This document shows positions 40,517 to 50,415 of a DNA stretch of 64,000 nucleotides, piece by piece; position 1 is the first letter of the stretch, and the number at the start of each line of letters is the position of its first letter. The notes under the pieces are model-generated. The model was given only the letters and a program-made list of their open reading frames with translations. It was not told the origin of the DNA and made no database searches. The stretch comes from an uncultured Spirochaetota bacterium (lineage in GTDB: Bacteria > Spirochaetota > Spirochaetia > SZUA-6 > Fen-1364): NCBI GenBank assembly GCA_963745235.1, contig CAVUXE010000044.1, positions 98,187 to 162,186 on the forward strand. Direction: 5' to 3'. Position numbers and translations under genes: made by a program.

Positions 40517-41670
40517 GAGCAGAAGTCCCGGATCAACCTGAGGGCCACCTGGCTGAACGCGAGCACCGAGGACAGGTCCACCCACTCCACCACCCCGTGC
40601 AGGCCCTCTCCCGCCGGTCCCAGGACAACAGATGGGATCCCCGCGGAAGAGAGAAGGGAGGAGTCCATCCAGGCGCTCATCCCTCCGAGCTCCGCGGTGT
40701 GCCCCGTCACTCCCGTGAATGCCGCGGCAAGAGCCTGCACGACCGGGTCGCCGCGCGGAACCTCCATGGGCGCGCGGGAGAAGAGCGGGCGCACGTCCGC
40801 CTTGAAGGTTGGATCCTGGCCGCTCATGCGCACGAGCTCATCCCGCAGCTCTTTCTCCACCTCTTCCGCGCGCTCCCCCGGCACTGTCCTTCGTTCTATG
40901 CCGAGCCGGCACGACGCCGGGTAAGAGGACAACTCCTGCCCGCCGTTGATAAGGGACGCATGCACGGTGCCCGTCCCCAGCAGAGAATGGGACGGCCCGG
41001 CGGCAAGCCTTCTCCCCATGTCTTCCAGCGCCACCAGCACGCGTCCCATCTTCGTTATTGCATCCACGCCCTTGTCGGGGCGGGAGCCATGGGCGGCAAC
41101 TCCGCGCGTTTCCACTTCCAGCCAGGAGAATCCCTTGTGGGCGATCACGATCTGCATGCCGGTCGGCTCGCCGACGAGGGCCGCGTCCGCTTTCCACTTT
41201 TTCACCACCGCCTCTGTTCCCACGCTGGCATATTCCTCGTCCACGACGGCCGTGAGGACCGCGTCACCTCGCAGCGGAAGCTCCCGCGCCGCTGCAACCG
41301 CCGTCAGGAGCGCGGCGAGGGCGGCCTTGGTGTCCATGGAGCCTCTCCCGAAAAGCCGACCGGCGCGTACAGTCGGTCGGAAGGGATTCTCCATTCCCGC
41401 GACTCCGACCGTGTCCATGTGCGCGTTGAGCATGAGGGTCTTCCCGCCCCCGCTTCCGCGCGCCACGACAATGACGTTTCGTCTTCCGGCAAGCCCGGTG
41501 TCCTCGACATGCACCTCGAGGCTCCGTTCCCGGGCCCACCCCGCAACGAATGCGCCGATCTCTTCCTCCCCTCGGGAGCCGGGCACAAGGTCGGGATTGA
41601 TGGAGTCAATCGATACGAGCCGCGCCGCCAGATCGAAAAGCTCGTTCCGGGATATTTCCTGGTGTGGCAT
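40513..41670 (-). CDS. M20 family ArgE/DapE-like deacylase
   Basis: LNAHMDTV, GRGSMDTK, VDEE, GEPT, AHGS, GLHG..E. Confidence 0.9.
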   Translation of the reverse strand: MPHQEISRNELFDLAARLVSIDSINPDLVPGSRGEEEIGAFVAGWARERSLEVHVEDTGLAGRRNVIVVARGSGGGKTLMLNAHMDTVGVAGMENPFRPTVRAGRLFGRGSMDTKAALAALLTAVAAARELPLRGDAVLTAVVDEEYASVGTEAVVKKWKADAALVGEPTGMQIVIAHKGFSWLEVETRGVAAHGSRPDKGVDAITKMGRVLVALEDMGRRLAAGPSHSLLGTGTVHASLINGGQELSSYPASCRLGIERRTVPGERAEEVEKELRDELVRMSGQDPTFKADVRPLFSRAPMEVPRGDPVVQALAAAFTGVTGHTAELGGMSAWMDSSLLSSAGIPSVVLGPAGEGLHGVVEWVDLSSVLAFSQVALRLIRDFCS

Positions 41671-41773
41671 GACGTTTCCTTCGTGTCAGCTCATCAGGAT
41701 AGCAGAGTGCCGGCAATTCACAAGTCGAAAAGTCCGAATCAGGGTGGTATTCTTGGAGACCGGAGGGAGAAAC

Positions 41774-42172
41774 ATGAGAAAGCTGCTGCTTCTGGCCGCC
41801 TTGCCGGCTGTCCTGTCCGCATGCATGACTGGACCGGCTCTTCCCCGGGACGCGTTTTTTCTCGGTGATCGGACAGTCGCGTTCAAAGCGGATCACGACG
41901 TCATCCCGGTCGGGGGATACGACGGGTTCTTCCGGTCGCTGTTTTTTGTCGTAGAGAAGAATGACGTGGAGATCTACAACGTGGTCGTGACGTACGGCAA
42001 CGGAGAGAGAGAAAGGTTCGGCACGCGCCTGGTCTTCTCCGCGGACTCTCGCTCACGTTCGCTCCCCTTTGACGGGGGAAAAAGACGGATCAAGACCATT
42101 GCGTTCACGTACAAGACGGTTGGACGTTGGGTGGACGGGAGAGCTCGCGTGGCGGTGTACGGCGTCAAATAG
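41774..42172 (+). CDS. Small beta-rich lipoprotein (DUF2541-like)
   Basis: LSAC lipobox; LG.R.V.F..DHD.I.VG and SR...F.G..R.I..I patterns; GGAG RBS. Confidence 0.65.
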   Translation: MRKLLLLAALPAVLSACMTGPALPRDAFFLGDRTVAFKADHDVIPVGGYDGFFRSLFFVVEKNDVEIYNVVVTYGNGERERFGTRLVFSADSRSRSLPFDGGKRRIKTIAFTYKTVGRWVDGRARVAVYGVK

Positions 42173-42182
42173 ATCAACGGAC

Positions 42183-42317
42183 CGCTTCGCTCGGCGCGAC
42201 CGCTAGTGCGTGAGTACACGCTCTAATGACTGGCGCGCACTTCGTGCGCTTGGATCATTAGTACCCGAGTACGTGTTCTAACGGCATGGCCTCGCTTCGC
42301 TCGGCGCGACCGTTAGT
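42183..42317. repeat. Degenerate 55-bp-period repeat between convergent genes
   Basis: CGCTTCGCTCGGCGCGACCGYTAGT at 42183 and 42293; TTCG at 42186/42241/42296 and TAGT at 42204/42259/42314. Confidence 0.7.
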
Positions 42318-42942
42318 AAGCGAGGGCGGGGATCGTTCGCAGATACTCCCTTGACGTGAGCTGGTTCAGCATGAACGCTGCAACGTCAGCGCGCGCAATA
42401 CGCCTTCCCAGGGGGGGCAGCCCGTCCAGGGCCACACGGTAGCTGCCACGCGCCGGGGTATCCGCGAGGGCAAGCGGCCGCACCACCACCCACTCGAGGT
42501 GGCTCTGGCGCACCTCTTCCAGCGCCTGCCTCTGGTCAGGGAGAACGTTCCGAAGGTAGAGCCGACTCAGGAAGAGCATACCTTTTCCGACGATATCGCG
42601 GGGGGTCTCGCTCAGCACGCAGAAGTTGGAGACAAGGATCAGCCGCCGCACCCCCTTGTCCTCCATCGCCGCCACTATGTTTCGGGTGCCAGCGGAGTAC
42701 ACCGTTGTCTTGCTCTTGGTGTCCGTCCCGAGGGCGCACAAGACCGCTTCCTGGCCGTCAACCGCCGCCGCCACGCGTTCCGCCTCCAGTACGTCGCAGG
42801 CAACGACGCGCAGCCGCTCGTGGCGTGTCGTCATCCCGGCGGGGTTCCTGACCGCGGCTGTCACTGCGTGGCCCAGCGCGAGCGCCTGGTCCAGAAGGCA
42901 TCCGCCGATTCCTCCCGTTGCCCCGAAGACTACGATTTTCAT
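42313..42942 (-). CDS. NAD(P)H-binding flavin reductase/BLVRB-like SDR
   Basis: VFGATGGIG, WVVVRP, IARADVA. Confidence 0.85.
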   Translation of the reverse strand: MKIVVFGATGGIGGCLLDQALALGHAVTAAVRNPAGMTTRHERLRVVACDVLEAERVAAAVDGQEAVLCALGTDTKSKTTVYSAGTRNIVAAMEDKGVRRLILVSNFCVLSETPRDIVGKGMLFLSRLYLRNVLPDQRQALEEVRQSHLEWVVVRPLALADTPARGSYRVALDGLPPLGRRIARADVAAFMLNQLTSREYLRTIPALAY

Positions 42943-43952
42943 TTCCCGCCCCCTCGCGCGAACTGGCGCAGCGCCTCTATGTTCCGTCGGGGAGTGCCGC
43001 GCGGCACCTCGCAACCGGCCCCGACAATATACGGGAATCCCGCTTCCCGCGCGCTCGCCGAGACTGCGCGGGAGGTGTCCTCCGCGCTCCCGCGACAGAG
43101 CACGCGCACCGGGTCCATGTTGCCCAGGAGCGCGACGCGCGGCCCCAGCGCGGCCCGGGCCTTTCCAAGAGAAACCATGGAGTCAGCGTCAACGATGTCA
43201 CAGCCGATCCGCGCGATGGAAGGCAGGAGCGGTGTGATGTCACCGCATATGTGCAGGCGGACCAGCGCTCCTGTCGCCCTGATCGCCCCCACAATCCGCT
43301 CCATGCGGGGGAGATCGAACGCGTCATAGATGGTCGGGCCCACGAGGGATGCAGCGGCATCGCCAACGCCAATGATATCGGCGCCTGCCTCCACCTGGCT
43401 CCGCGCGAACGTGATGGCCAGTTCCGTGACGAAGTCGAAGAGGTCCTCAACGAAGGCAGGATCATCCATGAAGTCGAGCATGAGCCTGTTGATCCCCCGC
43501 AGGTCAGCCGCCTCGGCGCAGGGTCCTTCGATCCAGCCCTCGATGAGCTTCGTGGTGCCCGTTGAGCGCTTCAGGGCGGCAACGGCGGCGAGGCGATTGG
43601 ACATGCGGCGGCCGTTCACGGGCTCCGGCATCCGCAGTCTGCTGAGGGTGGATTTTTCGACCAGAAGGGAGACTGCTTCATCCACAGCGGGCACTGCATC
43701 GCGCGCAAAGGATACTGCGGCGCCGCAGTCCGCGGCCTCCACGGCCGGGTCTGAGATTGCTGAGACGTGGTCAAAGTCGAACTCTGCCGCAATGGCGGTC
43801 TGTCCCCGGGCAAGCGTCTCGGCATCTGTGGCATACTGCCCGTATGGTACGCCAATCGCGTCCGCGGCGGCCATCATCGTAATGGGCATCAAGGGAACGG
43901 AGTCCGCCCTGGTCCCGTCGAGCACGCTCAGCACGCGCTCGCGTCCGTTCAT
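42939..43952 (-). CDS. UroD/MtaA-CmuA family methyltransferase-like protein
   Basis: MNGRERV, EGP..EA..LRG, GDAAAS, LHICG, LLGNMDP, GAGCEVP (HxC...C Zn site). Confidence 0.85.
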   Translation of the reverse strand: MNGRERVLSVLDGTRADSVPLMPITMMAAADAIGVPYGQYATDAETLARGQTAIAAEFDFDHVSAISDPAVEAADCGAAVSFARDAVPAVDEAVSLLVEKSTLSRLRMPEPVNGRRMSNRLAAVAALKRSTGTTKLIEGWIEGPCAEAADLRGINRLMLDFMDDPAFVEDLFDFVTELAITFARSQVEAGADIIGVGDAAASLVGPTIYDAFDLPRMERIVGAIRATGALVRLHICGDITPLLPSIARIGCDIVDADSMVSLGKARAALGPRVALLGNMDPVRVLCRGSAEDTSRAVSASAREAGFPYIVGAGCEVPRGTPRRNIEALRQFARGGGK

Positions 43953-45208
43953 CCCCGTTTCTCCCCGTTGTATTCGTGGACCGCGTCGATCATGGCCACG
44001 ATGTTGGGGATGGGAGTGTGGGTCTGGACGTTATGGACCGGGTTGAAAACAAATCCTCCACTCTTGCCCAGCGCCTTGCACCTGGACAGGACTTCCTTTC
44101 GCACATCCGAAGGCGTTCCGAAAGGCAGCGTCTTCTGGGTGTCTACACCGCCGCCCCAGAACACAATCCTTTCGCCGTGTCGTTGTTTCAGCTCGGCCGC
44201 ATCCATGCCAGCCGCGGAGAGTTGCACCGGGTTGATGATATCAAAACCGGCATCTATCATGTGGGAAAGAAGCGGCGCTATGGCGCCGCAGGAATGTTTG
44301 AACGTCTTCCAACCCGTATTCTCGTGAATCCAGGAGTTCATTCTTCTATAATAAGGCGCGTACAGGCTGTCAAACGTCTCGGGTGAGCAGAACTGCGTGC
44401 TCTGGGTGCCAAAGTCGGTGCCGCAGACGAACACCACGTCCACGACATCCCCGATCTCGTGATGTATCCGGGCGAGGTTCTCAACCGCGATCTGCGTCTG
44501 CCTGTCGAAAACCGAGTGGAGGTAGTCCTGCCTGGTGGCGGTGGAGATGTACCATTCCGTGACATCCCTGATTCCATGCGGGTGTTTCATGAAAGGTCCC
44601 GGGACAAGCGCGATGTCCCCGATTCCCGTTCCACCGAAATTGGCGACAACCGCGCCCGGCGTGCGGGATGCCTCCCCGACAGATTGCTTCAGGTGCGCAA
44701 GGTCCTCGCCGGATATGGGGGTAAACTCCTCGAGGTTGTCCCGGGGATCAAGCTTCTCCTCGTCAATCGAATCCTGCCGAATGATTGAGTCGAAGTAGAA
44801 GCCGCCGACCGGCATCTTCCCGCTGGGGGGGACGGACGGGTCGCCTTCCGGATAGATCAGCAGGTCCCCGTTGTCCGCCGTCGTGGTTCGAAATCCTTGC
44901 GGGACCAGCACCTCCTGGCCCCAGGGAGTCCGCCACTCCTTCCACGCGTTGATGGGGAATCCGAACATCGTCTGTCGTGCGAACACCCCGGTCGTGTCGA
45001 CCCCCATCGCCGCGCGCAGATCGTCCTCGATCATGCCGAGCATCTGGTACGGTTCATGGACCTTGACGGGACCTTTCTCCAGGCCGTAATGGGTGCGCAA
45101 CCCCTCCACGATGGAGGCATGCGCTCCCGTGACAGACGTCGACCCGAGATCAAAGGGGATCTGCGTCTCGCGGTGCGAGAGCGCGCTGCGGATTCTTTCT
45201 TTGCCCAT
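43949..45208 (-). CDS. UroD/methyltransferase-family protein
   Basis: DFGTQ, KHSCG, INPVQ, FWGGGVDTQ, FNPVHNVQ. Confidence 0.85.
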   Translation of the reverse strand: MGKERIRSALSHRETQIPFDLGSTSVTGAHASIVEGLRTHYGLEKGPVKVHEPYQMLGMIEDDLRAAMGVDTTGVFARQTMFGFPINAWKEWRTPWGQEVLVPQGFRTTTADNGDLLIYPEGDPSVPPSGKMPVGGFYFDSIIRQDSIDEEKLDPRDNLEEFTPISGEDLAHLKQSVGEASRTPGAVVANFGGTGIGDIALVPGPFMKHPHGIRDVTEWYISTATRQDYLHSVFDRQTQIAVENLARIHHEIGDVVDVVFVCGTDFGTQSTQFCSPETFDSLYAPYYRRMNSWIHENTGWKTFKHSCGAIAPLLSHMIDAGFDIINPVQLSAAGMDAAELKQRHGERIVFWGGGVDTQKTLPFGTPSDVRKEVLSRCKALGKSGGFVFNPVHNVQTHTPIPNIVAMIDAVHEYNGEKRG

Positions 45209-45254
45209 GAGCGCAGTATATCATGCGCGCCAAAGGTGCGCTCGCGCCGTCAGC

Positions 45255-47135
45255 TTAGCGGCTGCCTCTCAGCCAGACCCTCATGGGGCCGGGGCCGCGG
45301 TTGGCCCACGCGTGGTAGGGGATGGCTTTGAACCCGCGGCCTCGAACGGTCACGATCCCGCCCAGGAGATCCGGCTCTCTGGCCGCGCTCAGCTCACCCT
45401 TTGCCGGAACAACGCTGCTCAACGGCACATCGGCGTCGCGGCCCTCAACGCAGTAGACTATCGGGCCGCGCTGGAGCGCCACCTTGCCCCTGTCTTCGAC
45501 AATGCGTTCATGCGCGACTACTCTCCCTACGGGCATGGGCAGCGAGAGCACCATCTGGTCTCCCTCTTTCCATTCGCGCTCGACAGTCGCGTAGCCTTCC
45601 CCCGGCGGAACCCTTACCGGCACTCCATTGACGAGAAGAGATGGCCTTCCCTGCGGAGGCTCTTCGAACCTGTAGAGACCCCCTCCCATGATTTCACCGC
45701 TCGACCAACCGGGAATCCTGATCGATATTCGCATGTGAATGGCGCGCTCGGGGTGGAGCGTCACGCGGACAGTACCGTCCCAGGGATACTCCGTCTCCTG
45801 CACCACGCCAATTCGCACGCCGTCCACTTCCACATTCGCATGGTTTGCCATGAAGAGGTTCACGTACAGGCTGGAATCTGCGGAAGCGTACACAATCCCG
45901 GGCAGGGAGGGAATGAACCGGCAGAGGCTGGTTGGACAGCATGAGACGTCGAACCACGGCTGCCGTCCGGCGCTCCCGTGGTTGAATTGAGACTCCCCGT
46001 CTGACTCGAGGGGGTTCACGTAGAAAAACTCGTCTCCGCGCAGGGAAACGCCCGAGAGCAGCCCATTGTACAGGGTCTGCTCCAGCGCATCGATGTATTT
46101 CGACTCCCCGGTGAGCAGGAACAGGCGATGGTTCCACATGACAGACCCGATGGCCGCGCACGTCTCCGCGTACGCGCTCAGGTTGGGAAGCTCGTACGCC
46201 GAGCCGAACGCCTCACCCTTGTGCCGGGCCCCAATGCCTCCGGTCAGGTAGACCTTGGACTGCACGACGTCCTGCCATATTGCCTTGATGGCAGAGGCGT
46301 ATGCCTCGTCGGGAAGCAGGGCGGCGACATCGGCCATGCCGCAGTACATGTACGCGGCGCGCACCGCGTGCCCCACCGCCTCCCGCTGCTCGCGCACCGG
46401 CAGGTGATCCTGGCTGTAGCCGGGATCGTCAGCGTACCAATAGAGCGGCCGTGAGTCGTGACGGCCGCGCTGCTCCAGGAGGAACCTGGCAGTCTCCAGG
46501 AGGCTCCTGTCCTGCGTGATGCGGTACAGCCTTGCAAGCCCCATTTCGACTATCTGGTGCCCGCACATGTCGTGCCGGCCCTCGGGGCCGAACACTCCGC
46601 GGACAAGCTCCGCGCTCCGCAGCGCCACCTCCAGCAGGGCGCGGCTTCCCGTGGCCAGGAAGTGGGCGCTTGCGGCGTCGTAGAGATGCCCGCAATTGTA
46701 CAGCTCGTGGCTCATGACGAGGTTCGACCAGCGGGAAGACCCGGCAAACGGGTGCACGTGCCCGGGGTCGATGGTCCTGTTCGTGTAGAGATAGCCATCG
46801 GGTTCCTGTGCCGCCGCGATGGTCTGGATGAGGGAATCCAGGTACGCCTCCAGCTGCGGATCCGGTGCCTGGGCGAGGGAGTACGAGGCGCCTTCGATCG
46901 CCTTGTACACATCGGTGTCCTCAAACGGCATTCGTCCCGCGTACGGGCCGGGAAGACGGCCGGCCGCCCGGCGGAAGTTGTCGATACGTCCGTATTCCTC
47001 GCACTTTCGAAAGATCGATGGAATGGTGACAGTCCTGTTCGTTTCCAGCCGGGGAAGCCAGAAACTGTCCGTGAGAGAGACTCTGCGAAAGTGGACCGGC
47101 GTGAGGGGATAATCTGTCATCACAGCATCCTTCAC
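45255..47135 (-). CDS. GH127 beta-L-arabinofuranosidase-like glycoside hydrolase
   Basis: DTDVYKAIE, HELYNCGHL, GHAVRAAY, YAETCAAIG, SCCP motifs. Confidence 0.9.
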   Translation of the reverse strand: MKDAVMTDYPLTPVHFRRVSLTDSFWLPRLETNRTVTIPSIFRKCEEYGRIDNFRRAAGRLPGPYAGRMPFEDTDVYKAIEGASYSLAQAPDPQLEAYLDSLIQTIAAAQEPDGYLYTNRTIDPGHVHPFAGSSRWSNLVMSHELYNCGHLYDAASAHFLATGSRALLEVALRSAELVRGVFGPEGRHDMCGHQIVEMGLARLYRITQDRSLLETARFLLEQRGRHDSRPLYWYADDPGYSQDHLPVREQREAVGHAVRAAYMYCGMADVAALLPDEAYASAIKAIWQDVVQSKVYLTGGIGARHKGEAFGSAYELPNLSAYAETCAAIGSVMWNHRLFLLTGESKYIDALEQTLYNGLLSGVSLRGDEFFYVNPLESDGESQFNHGSAGRQPWFDVSCCPTSLCRFIPSLPGIVYASADSSLYVNLFMANHANVEVDGVRIGVVQETEYPWDGTVRVTLHPERAIHMRISIRIPGWSSGEIMGGGLYRFEEPPQGRPSLLVNGVPVRVPPGEGYATVEREWKEGDQMVLSLPMPVGRVVAHERIVEDRGKVALQRGPIVYCVEGRDADVPLSSVVPAKGELSAAREPDLLGGIVTVRGRGFKAIPYHAWANRGPGPMRVWLRGSR

Positions 47136-47974
47136 GCTTTCAGCCCCGAGAGCACGATGCCCTCAATGAAATACTTCTGGCCGATCAGAAAGAGCACGAC
47201 CGGCGGCGTAATCGTCATGCAGGACGCTGCCATGATCGACTTCCAGTCCGTGCCGAAGCCCGAGCGGAAATTGGCCAGCGCCTGGGAGATAGTGTTCTGC
47301 TCCGTGCGTGATATGTAGATGAGGGGGCCGAGAAGATCGTTCCAGTACAGGATGAATGTGAAGAGGCCAATGGCAATCAGCACCGGCCGGATGAGCGGTG
47401 CCAGGATCTGGAAGAGTATCCGCACATGACCGGCTCCGTCGATGATTGCGGCTTCGTCAAGGTCACGGGGAATCGTCATGAGGAACTGCCGGCAGAGAAA
47501 GATGTTGACCGCGCCTCCGCCGAGGAACGCTGGAACGATGAGCGGAGTGTAGCCGTTGCTCAGCCCGACGAAGCTCCAGGCCACGAAAATCGGGATGATG
47601 GTGACCGCGCCGGGCATGAGCATGCTGCCGATGACGATCGTGAACCACAGCCTCTTCAGGGGAAAGTCAAGTCTCGCGAACGCGTACGCGGCCAGTGACG
47701 AGGTGAGGAGCACGCCGATCACGGACGGCAGCGTGATGGTCAGCGTGTTCACCATGTAGCGCAGGGAGGGAAACACGGAGAGGGCGTAGGGGTAGTTGTC
47801 AAGGCGCCAGGTGGTCGGCAGCAGGAGCGGCGGGTACTTGTGAATCTCGATGTTGGACATGAAGGAGGAACGCAGCATCCAGAAGAAAGGGAAGAGGACC
47901 GCCAGGCCAATCAGGGAAATGATGATCGTGACAACGATATTCGTATTTCTCTTCGCGTTTTCCATGTCTCTCAT
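47132..47974 (-). CDS. Carbohydrate ABC permease (MalG-type)
   Basis: AYAFARL, DLDEAAIIDGAG EAA loop, QKYFIEGI. Confidence 0.9.
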   Translation of the reverse strand: MRDMENAKRNTNIVVTIIISLIGLAVLFPFFWMLRSSFMSNIEIHKYPPLLLPTTWRLDNYPYALSVFPSLRYMVNTLTITLPSVIGVLLTSSLAAYAFARLDFPLKRLWFTIVIGSMLMPGAVTIIPIFVAWSFVGLSNGYTPLIVPAFLGGGAVNIFLCRQFLMTIPRDLDEAAIIDGAGHVRILFQILAPLIRPVLIAIGLFTFILYWNDLLGPLIYISRTEQNTISQALANFRSGFGTDWKSIMAASCMTITPPVVLFLIGQKYFIEGIVLSGLKA

Positions 47975-48862
47975 TCTCCCTCGTAGAACATCCATCGCCG
48001 GGATGTCGCAAAAATGATCGCAGTCAGCGCCGCGATGAAGATGAAAAAGATGAGCGAAAGGGCGCTCGCGTGCCCGAAGGAGTTCTGCATGAACCCTTCG
48101 CGATATATGAGGAAGACCATGAAGAGGGTCTTGCCGCTCGGCTCTCCGTGCGTGAGCGCATACGCGGGGACGAATATCTGGAGGTTCGAGATCATGCTCA
48201 TCAGGAAATTGTAGAAGATGACGGGCGTCATCAGCGGGATGGTGATGTGGCGGAACTTGTGCCACGCGTTCCCGCCGTCTATCTCCACCGCTTCCAGGTA
48301 CGACCGGGGCACGTTCTGCAGCCCCGCCAGGAAGATGACGATCATGCTGCCCATTCCCCAGACGACCATCGCGATGATGGAAGGCATTGCATAATGCGGA
48401 TCCTGAAGCCACTGGATCTTGTTGATCCCCAGCAGATGCAGGGCATAGTTGAGGACGCCGAAATTGGACTCATACATCCAGTCCCAGACGATGCAGGTGC
48501 CGATGGAGGGCACGATGTAGGGGATGAAATAGACCGAGCGCCAGAAGCCGCGGCCGGGGATGCGCTGGTTGAGCATCAGGGCAATGGCGAAGGAATAGAT
48601 GATGCCCGAGATGACCGCGCCGAAGGCGAAGTACAACGTCGCCACCACGGAGCGGTAGAAATAGAAGTCAACGGTGAAGATCTGCTTGAAGTTGCCCAGG
48701 CCGACAAAGGCCGGCTTCTCGAGACCGCTCCAGTTTGTGAGGCTGATGCCGACAACTCCGATTATCGGGAAGATGGTGAGGAAGAACAGGCCCAAGGAGA
48801 GCCGGCGCGAGAAACAGGTAGGCCGTCAGGGTGTTCTGCGGAGTCATTCTCGTCTTCATCAT
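47971..48862 (-). CDS. Carbohydrate ABC permease (MalF-type; frameshift near 48795)
   Basis: AYLFLAP, FLAGLQNVP..YLEAVEIDGG, ITIPLMTP. Confidence 0.88.
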
Positions 48863-48884
48863 CGTTTCCTTTGTGATCGGGGCT

Positions 48885-48912
48885 CTCTCCCGCCGCGAAG
48901 GCGGCGGGAGAG
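48885..48912 (-). terminator. Intercistronic stem-loop after substrate-binding protein gene
   Basis: CTCTCCCGCCGC-GAAG-GCGGCGGGAGAG perfect 12-bp stem; no U-tract on coding strand. Confidence 0.6.
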
Positions 48913-48937
48913 TTAACCCTTTGGTCATCGGCCGAGC

Positions 48938-50266
48938 TTACCGGGGCTTGTTCTCGTCGAAAAGCGTCTGCACCTGCGGCAGAATGCCGTTGATATAGTC
49001 CTTGGCCGTCGTGGTGCCGTTCCAGACGTCGTTGATGCCGGAGTTGATGAGCGTGTCGAGCCTGTCGTAGCTGGGGAAGTAGTACCAGGGGACCTGCACC
49101 GCGTTCTTCATTGCGTAGTCGATGACCGCCGTCTTGTACTGCGCAAACGGGGGGTGCACGGGATTGTCTGCCCACTTCCTCATGGCGGCCTCATTGGCGT
49201 ACCACTTCGCGGATACGGGCATCCAGATTCCGCCGGTGATGAGGTCCCAGCCGTTGGACTCATCGCTCATCCACTTGACGAAGGCTTTCGCCGCGTCGAG
49301 GTGCTTTGAAGAGTCGAAGGCCACGAAGGGTCCGCCGGTGTTGTAGGTGACTGCCTTCTTCATCTTGGGAAGAACTCCGACGCCGTACACCAGGCCGTCC
49401 TTGAGAGAGTTCTTCAGCGAAACGCCGATCTCCCACTGACCCCCGGTCGCCATGGCGACCTTGCCGGTGAGAAGAGTCACGTCCAGGCTCGGCATGTTGC
49501 CCCTGTCTCCCACCGAGGGGGCAACGTGGTCCTTCAGATAGAGGTCAGCAATGGCTTGCAGGGCCTCGATGCTCTCCGGTTTGCCGATCAGCAGCTGCTG
49601 GCCGTCGGGGCTCATGACGCCGCCGCCGTTGGAGACTGCAAGAACCGGCCACATCCACGAGAGGCGGTTGAAGTCGGCGCCGTAGGTGACGATATTGTTC
49701 GCGTCAAAGCCGGCGTCGTTCGGGGTCTTTCCGTTCTGGTCCTTCGTGAGCTTCTTGGCCGCATCCACGAATTGCTTCCAGGTCCAGGCCTTGTCAGCGC
49801 TGGCCGGGGGATAGGCGACCTTGGCGTCGTCGAACATCTTCTTGTTGTAGTACAGAAGGAGAACTTCGTCCGCGCAGCTGTATCCGACGGTCTTGCCCTT
49901 GTAGGTGAAAGCCAGCGACTTGAGCGGGGCTTCATCCGGCTTGTACACGCTGCCCATGTCCGCCAGAAGTCCGGCCGCCGCATAGCGGATTGTCATGGGT
50001 TCGGCCATGATGCAGGTATCCGGCAACTGCTTCGCCGCCGCCATGGTATTCAGCTTCGTTTCGTAGTCGTTGCGGCTGACGGCGATCATCGTTACGTGGA
50101 TTGTGTCCTGGGACGCGTTGAACTTGTCCAGGGTCTTCTGAATGTCGGCGGCCTCGGATTCGGTGGTGTTGTACCAGGCCATGTACGTGATCTCTATCTT
50201 CGCGGCATATGCCGACGCAGCCGCCAGGACAAGCGCGATGGCGCATAGGAATACGAATCTCTTCAT
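48938..50266 (-). CDS. Carbohydrate ABC substrate-binding protein
   Basis: Signal peptide MKRFVFLCAIALVLAAASAYA; LYYNKKMFD, WTW..F, GKVAM; AAGGAG RBS. Confidence 0.9.
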   Translation of the reverse strand: MKRFVFLCAIALVLAAASAYAAKIEITYMAWYNTTESEAADIQKTLDKFNASQDTIHVTMIAVSRNDYETKLNTMAAAKQLPDTCIMAEPMTIRYAAAGLLADMGSVYKPDEAPLKSLAFTYKGKTVGYSCADEVLLLYYNKKMFDDAKVAYPPASADKAWTWKQFVDAAKKLTKDQNGKTPNDAGFDANNIVTYGADFNRLSWMWPVLAVSNGGGVMSPDGQQLLIGKPESIEALQAIADLYLKDHVAPSVGDRGNMPSLDVTLLTGKVAMATGGQWEIGVSLKNSLKDGLVYGVGVLPKMKKAVTYNTGGPFVAFDSSKHLDAAKAFVKWMSDESNGWDLITGGIWMPVSAKWYANEAAMRKWADNPVHPPFAQYKTAVIDYAMKNAVQVPWYYFPSYDRLDTLINSGINDVWNGTTTAKDYINGILPQVQTLFDENKPR

Positions 50267-50415
50267 TCGATCTCTCCTTTGAGGAACCTCGTATCTAGGG
50301 GTGACTGTACGTTCACGCGACGGCTGGCTACATTTGTGAACGTACCCAACGGCTTGCGGTATCGGGGGAACGCTTTGCAGTGCAGACTCCGTTACCGCGG
50401 CTGTTCTTGCTGCTG

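Noticed and set aside
42183-42317. Mini CRISPR array
   Set aside because: Only two near-identical blocks, the intervening sequence is itself repetitive, and there are no cas genes.
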